From the NCBI GenBank assembly GCA_016699955.1, contig CP064993.1:750001-782000 (forward strand): 32,000 nucleotides of DNA, given 5' to 3'. The stretch is from Candidatus Saccharimonadota bacterium (lineage in GTDB: Bacteria > Patescibacteriota > Saccharimonadia > Saccharimonadales > UBA4665). Every line of letters begins with the position of its first letter. Positions within the stretch are counted from its first letter, which is position 1. This document shows, piece after piece, positions 24,956 to 32,000 of this stretch. Position numbers and translations under genes: made by a program. Below the pieces are notes generated by a model. That model had not been told where the DNA came from, did no database searches, and was given only the letters and a program-made list of their open reading frames with translations.

Positions 24956-25573
24956 CTAGTACCGAGAAAGCTGGCGGTTGAAGGCACGCAAATGGTTTTC
25001 GGAACCGGTTCGGAGTTTTTCGAGCGTAGTTACAATATTGCTATCGGTAGCTGTTGCAAGTTGCTTTGTAATATCGGCAATGTCTTTTTCTTCAATGGCT
25101 ACTCCAATCTTGTAGGCTTCCTCGGCACTTTGCTTGCCTTGAGCAATTAGCTGGTCGTAGAGCGTTTGCAGCTCCGGGTTCGTGAACGTACCAGTCTTGC
25201 CTGTGCGTGAGTCTGGTAAGTTTCTTGTGTTTAAGAGAGCCATCGCTTCGCCCTGATGTGTCTGCTCACTGTTTAGTATATTGCCGAAAACTTTTGCGCC
25301 GTAGGTATCATGCATTACGCTGTAGACATCATAAGCGAGCTTTTCTTCTTCCAGGAGGTAGTTTAAAAGCTCATTTTGTGACAGTGTGTTGACTGTAGCC
25401 GCGGAAGGATCGGCTGTTTCTGGCTTGGACGTTGCTTCACTTGTCCTTTGCGTTACTGTTTTCACGACCGGTGCGGATGATTCTGGTTTAGATAGGGCAT
25501 AAAAAAAGCCTGCCACAAGTACGGCAATTGCCATAGCAATAATAACGGTTGTTTTGGTAAATACTTGTTTCAC
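24956..25573 (-). CDS. DUF2202 (ferritin-like) domain protein with N-terminal TM/signal anchor
   Basis: LLEEEKLAYDVY ... SEQTHQ ... EEKDI ... GSENHLRAF pattern typical of DUF2202. GTG start with GGGAGG SD 6 nt upstream. Confidence 0.75.
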   Translation of the reverse strand: MKQVFTKTTVIIAMAIAVLVAGFFYALSKPESSAPVVKTVTQRTSEATSKPETADPSAATVNTLSQNELLNYLLEEEKLAYDVYSVMHDTYGAKVFGNILNSEQTHQGEAMALLNTRNLPDSRTGKTGTFTNPELQTLYDQLIAQGKQSAEEAYKIGVAIEEKDIADITKQLATATDSNIVTTLEKLRTGSENHLRAFNRQLSRY

Positions 25574-25587
25574 GGAGAGCCTCCCGG

Positions 25588-25998
25588 TTATTTAATGAGG
25601 GTTCCGCCCATAGCTGTGACGTCATCGAGACCTCCCAGGTCGGTAATAACGGTGTACCCACTATTTTTCAGAATTGTGGTTGCTTGAGCCGAACGGTTCC
25701 CGCTACGACAATATATGTACAATGGCTGAGTCTTGGCTGAATCAGGCCGTTTTCCTGCTTCTATATTTTGCAGACTGAGGTTGAGCGCACCCGGAAAATG
25801 TCCGCTGGCGTATTCTTCTGGTTCGCGGACATCAAGTAGCATCGCGCTACCCTTTTCGACCTCGTTTTTTACTAGCCCGAAGGTGAGTTTAGCGGCTGGT
25901 TGCTTGTTTATCTCGGATGAACTGTCCGGCCTGCTAATCAGTAAAAAGCCACCAATCAGAACAACTAGGACTGTAAGAACAGCGAACACTTTTTTCAT
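25588..25998 (-). CDS. rhodanese-domain protein, membrane-anchored
   Basis: LLDVREPEEYASGHFPGALN and active-site loop YCRSGNRS. N-terminal TM. AGAGG SD upstream. Confidence 0.88.
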   Translation of the reverse strand: MKKVFAVLTVLVVLIGGFLLISRPDSSSEINKQPAAKLTFGLVKNEVEKGSAMLLDVREPEEYASGHFPGALNLSLQNIEAGKRPDSAKTQPLYIYCRSGNRSAQATTILKNSGYTVITDLGGLDDVTAMGGTLIK

Positions 25999-26047
25999 AG
26001 TTAGCCTCTTTTATTACTTTACTTTGTATAGTATACTCCTATGTACT

Positions 26048-26314
26048 ATGACCAACAAAATTATAATCGATGTCCGTGAACCGTTTGAATACAAAATGGG
26101 GCATGTCGAGGGCGCTATCAACATACCCCCGGCGAAACTGCTCAGTAATCCGCCGGAGTTGGCAGATATCCCCCGTGATGCTGAAATCATTGTCTACTGT
26201 TTGAGCGGCAGCCGCAGTAACGCTACAATGCCCTATCTCCGACAAATGGGCTTTACAAACGTAGTGAACGGTATTAACAAACATCACGTCGAACGAAACC
26301 ACTTGTCATCTTAA
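26048..26314 (+). CDS. single-domain rhodanese (88 aa), cytoplasmic
   Basis: IIDVREPFEYKMGHVEGAIN and active-site loop YCLSGSRS. Start set at ATG 26048. The track extension from 25733 is antisense to the neighbouring gene. Confidence 0.85.
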   Translation: MTNKIIIDVREPFEYKMGHVEGAINIPPAKLLSNPPELADIPRDAEIIVYCLSGSRSNATMPYLRQMGFTNVVNGINKHHVERNHLSS

Positions 26315-26400
26315 TGAACCCAAGCCGGGCGTAAGCGCCGAGCTGGCTGCTGCGAAATGCCTGACAGATAAAAGTTTCACTTCCGCTTAGCAGTAATAGC

Positions 26401-27102
26401 CTAAATGAGCGTTCCCCAGTAGTACCAGAATCGCCAGAGAATGAGACCGATGACAGTAAGGTACATTCCTACGAGAATATCGGCATGGTGTTTCTGTATG
26501 AAATGGTTAGCTCGGGCTAGGCTGCCGTGCAGACGAAGATGCTCGGCTCGGATGCAGTAGAGTGTTGTGTACCAGAAAGCCGGAATCATCGCTACCCACG
26601 TGAGCATACAGTACGGGCACAGGTGTTTTAACACAAATATGCTTTGTGCCATAAACCAGACGACGAAAAGGAACCCAAAAAGCATACCGGCTTGCAGACC
26701 TAGCCAGAACCATCGCTTCAGTCTTGCCCCCGCCAATATAGCGAAGCCAATTGCAATGATGACCGAAAACATGGAAACGCTCCAAAACTGGTTTGGGACA
26801 CCGAAAAGAACATGCCCTTGCCAGGTGTCGAGAATCGAGCCGCAGCCTATGATGGGGTTTAAGTCGCAGCCGAGCTGCGCAGCGGGCTGTTTCAGGTGGT
26901 AAAATTCCTCGACCGAAAGCATGATAGACGCAAATAGTCCAATTGACCCCGAGCCAATGAGAATCCACGGCACATGACGCTCCAGCCAATTGAGGTGCCT
27001 AGGATGAGCCTGCCCTTTTACCTGGGAAGATGATTTAACAGAGGGGAGTTTCACTTGGGCTGAAGGATCTTGCTTGCTTTTGCTCTTTAAGGCTTTTCCC
27101 AT
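26401..27102 (-). CDS. vitamin K epoxide reductase (VKOR) family protein
   Basis: Loop cysteine pair LGCDLNPIIGCGS and the CPYC redox motif in a TM helix. Start set at ATG 27102, with GGAG 8 nt upstream. The track start is TTG 27114. Confidence 0.85.
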   Translation of the reverse strand: MGKALKSKSKQDPSAQVKLPSVKSSSQVKGQAHPRHLNWLERHVPWILIGSGSIGLFASIMLSVEEFYHLKQPAAQLGCDLNPIIGCGSILDTWQGHVLFGVPNQFWSVSMFSVIIAIGFAILAGARLKRWFWLGLQAGMLFGFLFVVWFMAQSIFVLKHLCPYCMLTWVAMIPAFWYTTLYCIRAEHLRLHGSLARANHFIQKHHADILVGMYLTVIGLILWRFWYYWGTLI

Positions 27103-27125
27103 TCTTATCTCCAATCGTCAGTCAG

Positions 27126-28301
27126 TTATTTCTCGCTGCACTTCCCTGTGCTGACAGGGTTAGAGTTTGTTTGTGCTTTATGCAACACCTGATGAACCTG
27201 TTCCATCGTCAGCGCGTAACCGACATTATTGTACGTGGTGCTGGTAGCGAACACAACGCCAATTACTGTGCCGTCGGCGCCAACGACTGGCCCGCCCGAG
27301 TTGCCGCGTACAATCGTCGTTTGCAGGCTGTAAACTTCACGGATAACCCGATTTTTTCCGTAGATGTCTTGCCCGAGTGCTTTAAATTGGTCGAACACTA
27401 CCGCTGGACTGACGCTGTAATCGCCGCCGCCCGGATAGCCAAGTGCGAAGGCGGGGCTCTTAGGTGCTAGATTCATACGATTAACGGTCATTGGGCGGGC
27501 GGCTAAACCGGGCACAAGAAGCACGGCTATGTCGTTTTCTGCGTCAAAAGCAACGGGTATTGTGTTATAAGTTTTGTTGCCACTTTGTATCTTTGGACTA
27601 CTAACGCCTGCTACAACATGCGCGTTAGTTGCGACGAACTCACGGGCAAATACGAAACCGCTGCCATCGACAATGCCCCCACAGCCAAGACCTTCTATTT
27701 TGACAACCGATTGTTGGGCTTGAGATAGCATGTCAGTGTATTGCTGGGGGTTTGGAAGAGTGTAGGTCGCGTCAGGGGTTGGCTCGCGGCCGGCAAACAC
27801 TTGTGGGGACTGATTTGGGTCAATCAGTGTGTTGAGGGTTGTCAGAACTTGTCCGGCGGGGGGTAGTCGGCTCGTAAACGCACTAATTATTACCGATTGC
27901 TTTAGTGCAGTCTGCAAACCGCTCGGTGGAGCCAAGTTGAACAAAGCACCAGCCAACCAAAACCCCAGCAGGAGTGTTATGACTGACATGAAACTGCCAA
28001 GTCCGTTATCTAACTTATGAATGAGTTTGTTTTCGACTGCGTGCTTCAGCCGAACGGCTATGATTTCCCCGATGGTCATAAGCAGAAAACACACCGTAAG
28101 CAGAACGGCTAGCCCAGCCAAGGGCTTACTTGGTCCACTGACGTGCTCCATTGCGTAGCCGGACAACCAGGAACCTGGAAACAGCCCGACTATAAACATA
28201 ACTGTCGATATGCCTTGGCGCAAAAAACCAATCTGGTAGCCTCGTAGCAGCGCACCGATGGCCAAGAACACAATAAGGATGTCAATAATGGTGATATGCA
28301 T
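27126..28301 (-). CDS. CvpA-family membrane domain fused to a trypsin-like (S1C) serine protease; MarP-like
   Basis: Four N-terminal TM segments with a CvpA-like start. Protease domain has TNAHVV (His), NDIAVL (Asp) and GNSGGPVV (Ser). Confidence 0.88.
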   Translation of the reverse strand: MHITIIDILIVFLAIGALLRGYQIGFLRQGISTVMFIVGLFPGSWLSGYAMEHVSGPSKPLAGLAVLLTVCFLLMTIGEIIAVRLKHAVENKLIHKLDNGLGSFMSVITLLLGFWLAGALFNLAPPSGLQTALKQSVIISAFTSRLPPAGQVLTTLNTLIDPNQSPQVFAGREPTPDATYTLPNPQQYTDMLSQAQQSVVKIEGLGCGGIVDGSGFVFAREFVATNAHVVAGVSSPKIQSGNKTYNTIPVAFDAENDIAVLLVPGLAARPMTVNRMNLAPKSPAFALGYPGGGDYSVSPAVVFDQFKALGQDIYGKNRVIREVYSLQTTIVRGNSGGPVVGADGTVIGVVFATSTTYNNVGYALTMEQVHQVLHKAQTNSNPVSTGKCSEK

Positions 28302-28312
28302 AGCGCTAACCG

Positions 28313-29218
28313 TTAGTGTAGCGCTTTTTTGGTCGAGCTTCCACGTCCAATATGTGTAATACGTTCTTTTGCATGCAGGCTAAGCGCAAATATAAACAGT
28401 AAACCTAGGAATAAAACATACGTTGCCCTATCTACCACACTCGCCGCTACAATGTCTGGAGTGGATACTCCGTGGATGTTTTGTGAAAACAACAGGAAAG
28501 CCTCACGGATACCGATGCCGTCAGGGGTAACGGATACGAACAATGCAAAATTTGCAGCACCTGTGTAAGACAGGGCTTGCCCAAGCGAAACCTCGGTACC
28601 GCTTGCTCGCAAAGATAAATAGTAGCGGATGGTGATGAACAAAATTTGCAAGGCTGTACACAGGAGTACGCCGATTAAAAGCGGTGCTGTGAGGTTTAGA
28701 CGGCTTACGCCTGCGGCACGTCGCCGAGTAAGTGCACGAATAACCAATACACTGAGGCAGGCGGCACCCGCTACCGCAAGTAGCGTCTGCCACCATGGCC
28801 GCGTACCCACTAGCATACAGAAAGCGCTGAGTACTGCGTATGCCGCATAGGCAATAAGCGTCACAAGTACGTAGCGTTTGACAGGAAGATCGTACTTGGC
28901 TTTCAGGTAGGCTGCTCGGACGCCAGGTCCGCTCTGGAGCGGTCCAAAGAAGTTTGCAACGGATGAATAAACGGTGAGCAGTATATTTTCTGTTGCTTGG
29001 AGTCGAACGTCAACAAGGCGAACCAGTACCTGGTATAAACCAGTAAGAGCTGCAATGCCTCCAACATTTGCGAGCAGTATGAAAATAATCCATTTTGGCT
29101 CAAGTGTTCTAAGTTGGGTGATATGCTCTGGGTGACTGCGAATATACCACCCAAAAAGAATGACAGTTCCGAGTAAAACGGTACTCATGAGCCACAGACG
29201 AACCGATTTGCCGCGCAT
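28313..29218 (-). CDS. UPF0104 / lysylphosphatidylglycerol-synthase-TM-like (flippase-like) membrane protein
   Basis: Polytopic membrane protein with the family-typical PDGIGIREA segment. Confidence 0.65.
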   Translation of the reverse strand: MRGKSVRLWLMSTVLLGTVILFGWYIRSHPEHITQLRTLEPKWIIFILLANVGGIAALTGLYQVLVRLVDVRLQATENILLTVYSSVANFFGPLQSGPGVRAAYLKAKYDLPVKRYVLVTLIAYAAYAVLSAFCMLVGTRPWWQTLLAVAGAACLSVLVIRALTRRRAAGVSRLNLTAPLLIGVLLCTALQILFITIRYYLSLRASGTEVSLGQALSYTGAANFALFVSVTPDGIGIREAFLLFSQNIHGVSTPDIVAASVVDRATYVLFLGLLFIFALSLHAKERITHIGRGSSTKKALH

Positions 29219-29225
29219 ACCTAGT

Positions 29226-29234
29226 ATCGTACCA
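29226..29234 (-). promoter_or_regulatory. candidate extended -10 TGGTACGAT, 7 nt upstream of ATG 29218 (leaderless architecture)
   Basis: Plus-strand atcgtacca at 29226-29234. The ATG is at 29216-29218. Confidence 0.45.
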
Positions 29235-29260
29235 CTGCATGACTAAGCTATACTACTCGA

Positions 29261-29424
29261 ACTCGGCGCAAACGCCGAGTCCTAAAGGGGCAGGCTCGCC
29301 CGCCCCGCTTTAAATAACCGGAGTAAATCCAGTTATTTAAAGCTCCCCACCCCTGAAGGCTTCGCTCTCGCTCGCTTAATGCCTAAATGCGCCAGCAGTG
29401 GTGCTTACACAGAGCTGGGGTTAT
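29261..29424 (+). repeat. intergenic repeat family, copy D (long form; best preserved)
   Basis: 5' hairpin actcggcg-caaa-cgccgagt (29261-29280), ctaaaggggcaggctcgcccg (29282-29302), nested hairpin at 29307-29343, ...ctgaaggc...cgcttaat...cagcagtggtg, and ttacacagagctgggg (29405-29420). Confidence 0.75.
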
Positions 29425-29435
29425 ACTACCTTATA

Positions 29436-30944
29436 ATGTACAAACTGTTTTTTGGGAAAAGAGTTTTTGCGACGCTCGTTTCTGTGACTGCCTCGCGGTG
29501 GTTTTGGCGTGGCATAGTAGGCTTGTTTGTCATACAAGCCGTGTATATTGCTCTCGTTGGCCAGTTTTCTATGGCGTTTGATGAGCATTTTCACCTTGCC
29601 GCCATAAACGAATATTCAAAAGTGTTGTTTCCCTGGCAAGTTACCCAGCCGCCTGGGCCAGCTGAACTGAGTGCTTTTACGGCCGATGGTTCATACCTAT
29701 ATCACTACCTGATGAGCTTTCCCTACCGACTGCTGCGCCTAGTGACTACTTCACAGACGGCGCTTATTGTCATGCTGCGTTTGCTAGATGTTGGCATTGT
29801 GGTGGCTGGATGGTACGTATTCCGGCGTTTGCTCTTTGAGCTCAAGCTTTCGGCAGCGCCGGCTCATGTGCTATTGGCCATATGTATGCTTATGCCCATG
29901 GCACCTTTTATGGCTGGGCAGCTGACATATGATGCGCTTTTCTTTACGTCTTGCGGGGTAACTGTGCTTCTGCTTGTTCGGTTGCTTCGGACGGTAAGCG
30001 AGCAGAGAAAACTGCCGCTTTCCCTCGTTGCCTGGGTGGGTGTTGCCGTATTGGTAACATTACAGACAAAATACGCATTTTTCCCGGCGGCGTTAGGCGC
30101 GGGGCTGTATATGATTGGTTACTTAACCAGGCAAACCTATCAGAAACGCTTGCGTTGGTCGAGTATCTGGCAGTCTTGGCGAACTGACGCCTCCAAAGGT
30201 TCTGGCGCTGTGGCTGTTGGGGTACTGCTTCTTACTGGGGTACTGTTTGTTCAGCGGTATGGGATGAATTACCTGAACTACGGCAGCTTGGTTCCGGAAT
30301 GCCAGGTTGTTTTAAGCCATGAGCGTTGTCTTGGCTTTGCACCCTATGGACGTGATGCCGACATACGAGAAAAAGGTTGGTACAAGACAATAACTCAGAA
30401 GCAGCGGCTAACATATCCATACAAATGGTATGAAAAAATGATCTACGAATCATACTTTGCGGTCGGGCCGAAAGAAATTGCGTATCCAGTTGCAGAACCG
30501 TTGCCCGTTCCTTACACAGCGGGAAAGATAGTCGCAGCGCTGGGAGCTCTGACAATATTACTGCGCCTGCCCTGGATACTCCGAAAAAACATATACGCCC
30601 AGCTACTCTTTGCAGTTACGGGCACATATGTTGTATTTTTATTTCTCAAAAACTATGGTGCGTTTCTTGCAACGGCAGTTCCTCTCTCAATTCATGGGCG
30701 CTACGTCTTGCCCTTCTTGCCGCTCGCTGGCTACCTAGTATACATCGGCTTGCGGCCACTTTTGCGTAAGCAAAAAATGCAGACCGTTTCCGCTGTAGCA
30801 GTTTCTATACTTCTTCTTGCAAGCTTGTGGGGCGGCGGTATGGCAGCTTACATTATCCGTTCGCAGGATACATGGTATTGGCCGACAATGCAGCCTATCA
30901 GCCGTGTCGTCCGCAGCGTCGTAGCGCCATTCATTTTGAAATAA
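29436..30944 (+). CDS. polytopic membrane protein, DUF2142-like (putative GT-C type glycosyltransferase)
   Basis: More than 10 predicted TM segments. FDEHFH motif in the first loop, resembling the DUF2142 DE-x2-H motif. Start set at ATG 29436, because the track start 29379 lies inside repeat D. TATACT sits 8 nt upstream. Confidence 0.6.
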   Translation: MYKLFFGKRVFATLVSVTASRWFWRGIVGLFVIQAVYIALVGQFSMAFDEHFHLAAINEYSKVLFPWQVTQPPGPAELSAFTADGSYLYHYLMSFPYRLLRLVTTSQTALIVMLRLLDVGIVVAGWYVFRRLLFELKLSAAPAHVLLAICMLMPMAPFMAGQLTYDALFFTSCGVTVLLLVRLLRTVSEQRKLPLSLVAWVGVAVLVTLQTKYAFFPAALGAGLYMIGYLTRQTYQKRLRWSSIWQSWRTDASKGSGAVAVGVLLLTGVLFVQRYGMNYLNYGSLVPECQVVLSHERCLGFAPYGRDADIREKGWYKTITQKQRLTYPYKWYEKMIYESYFAVGPKEIAYPVAEPLPVPYTAGKIVAALGALTILLRLPWILRKNIYAQLLFAVTGTYVVFLFLKNYGAFLATAVPLSIHGRYVLPFLPLAGYLVYIGLRPLLRKQKMQTVSAVAVSILLLASLWGGGMAAYIIRSQDTWYWPTMQPISRVVRSVVAPFILK

Positions 30945-30995
30945 CCCAAGCACCCACGCATTTCGCACTTTAACCCCCAACCTGCATAATTAGTA

Positions 30996-31013
30996 GCAGG
31001 GCGTTAGCCCTGC
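30996..31013. other. perfect 7-bp stem / 4-nt loop hairpin GCAGGGC-gtta-GCCCTGC
   Basis: Read directly. Lies between the DUF2142-like gene stop and the transposase start. No U-tract follows it. It may be a weak terminator or part of the IS end. Confidence 0.4.
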
Positions 31014-31037
31014 AAAACTAAGCAGGATAAAATAAAC

Positions 31038-32000
31038 ATGTCTCGATCAAAATGTTCTCGCGATCTGTATTGTGCTTTCTTGGAAGTAACAGCAGATAGA
31101 TATTCAGCATTGTCACTGAGCGAAGTTGCTCCAGATGGATCGACGCTATCACATGACAGCATCTCTCGTTGGCTTGCAGACGAAAAGGTACAGCCCAAGG
31201 ATCTGTGGCAGGCTGCTAAGTCTGAGGTAGCCTCTAAACCTGGTATCCTTGTCTTTGACGATGTAGTCATAGACAAAAGTCGTAGTGGTAAGACTGAATT
31301 AGTAACTGGCAGTATGCCGGCTCAAAGCACGACATAACTAAAGGTATTGGTGTAGTTAATGCCTTATGGCAAACCAGTAAAGAAGACTACATGCCGATGG
31401 ACTACCGTATATGGAATCCGTCGGAAGATGGCAAGACTAAAAACAACCATTTCAGGGATATGCTGACAGCTAAAACAGCGTCAACTACGCCTGAAATGGT
31501 TGTTGCCGACAGTTGGTATTCCAGTTTAGATAACCTTAAAGCCACTCGCTCTCATGGCTGGGATTGGGTGATGGGGTTACGTAGTAACCGTTTGGTCAAC
31601 AAACCACATGTACAGATTAAAACCCTCGAGATACCAGATGAAGGTCTGGTCGTACACCTCAAAGGATACGGATGGATCAAGCTATTCCGGTTCGTGACCA
31701 AACACGGTCGCACGGATTACATTGGTACTAGCAAGCTCGATCTATCCAGGAGCCAAGTCAAAGAGTACTTTGAAAGACGTTGGAGCGTCGAAGTGTTGCA
31801 TCGTGAACTCAAACAAACCTGTGGTTTTACTCGCTGTCTGGCCAACACTGGCCGAGCACAGAGAAACCACATTGGGCTCTCTATGCTCACCTGGATACAA
31901 AGACACAAGAGAAGACAACAAGACAGGCTAAACAATATACAAAACAGCATGTACCAACAAAAGTGGGAGGTCATAAAACCGAGCATCCAGCTAGCGCTGG
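31038..32000 (+). pseudogene. IS4/IS701-superfamily DDE transposase, frameshifted near 31298-31310 and truncated by the window edge
   Basis: Frame 1 (31038-31337) encodes the N-terminus, including VFDDVVIDK. The frame starting after TGA 31295-31297 continues as WQYAGSKHDITKGIGVV...VVADSWYSS...YFERRWSVEVLHRELKQ (D, D, and a Y-R-E-K signature) and is open to 32000. Restoring one T (act tgg) would join the two frames. Confidence 0.8.

Larger units (their letters stand above)
30981..32000 (+). mobile_element. IS element, left part only; left boundary not determined
   Basis: Presence of the transposase gene. The right end and inverted repeats lie outside the window, so the left coordinate is a guess. 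Confidence 0.5.

Noticed and set aside
25733-26047. Long N-terminal extension of the plus-strand rhodanese ORF (track start 25733)
   Set aside because: It runs antisense through the well-supported minus-strand rhodanese gene. The homologous domain begins at ATG 26048.
29282-29302. Apparent compensatory base changes in a GGGC/GCCC stem of repeat block 1 between copies C and D
   Set aside because: With the gapless alignment of the two copies, the substitutions do not fall on paired positions, so there is no covariation support there.
31004-31276. ORF 31004-31276 (-)
   Set aside because: It is antisense to the transposase N-terminal coding region.

Overview
Gene-dense bacterial chromosomal window, mostly minus-strand operons with very short gaps and coupled junctions (ATGA at 13984-13987 and 20381-20384; TAATG at 15434-15438). 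TGA works as a stop, so the genetic code looks standard. I recognise 29 protein families, 8 unassigned ORFs, 2 tRNAs (Leu-CAA, Ser-GGA) and the 5' part of an IS4/IS701-type IS element whose transposase is frameshifted and runs off the right edge. Recognised genes include a PAS histidine kinase with a stand-alone receiver, DUF3048, gltX, a PEGA protein, a sortase, xth, pyrH and a MacB-type ABC pair. Others are two YfbR-like HD hydrolases, proline iminopeptidase, a HAD-IB phosphatase, a guanylate-kinase-like P-loop protein and a wHTH-Nudix protein. An NRAMP-family transporter, DUF2202, two rhodaneses, VKOR, a MarP-like CvpA-protease, a UPF0104 membrane protein and a DUF2142-like membrane protein complete the set. 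The content resembles a reduced-genome monoderm, possibly Saccharibacteria/Patescibacteria-like; that is inference only. No CRISPR array, rRNA or recognisable defence system was seen. The main unexplained signals are: (1) a modular intergenic repeat family with four same-orientation copies, in short and long forms, plus possible fragments; (2) a 28-bp perfect palindrome at two distant loci, one beside an 11-unit hexanucleotide array; (3) a wHTH(N)-Nudix(C) protein with a degenerate Nudix box, divergent from an HD hydrolase gene across an 11-6-11 inverted repeat that overlaps both promoters; (4) recurrent TAnnnT boxes 6-8 nt upstream of ATG at operon-first genes, suggesting leaderless mRNAs; (5) a 370-nt non-coding gap with a terminator-like hairpin upstream of an operon containing two paralogous small proteins. 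Two exactly intergenic homopolymer tracts (about 710 bp G-rich; about 135 bp C-rich), each starting after a long T/A run, most likely reflect sequencing or assembly failure and need checking before any biological reading.
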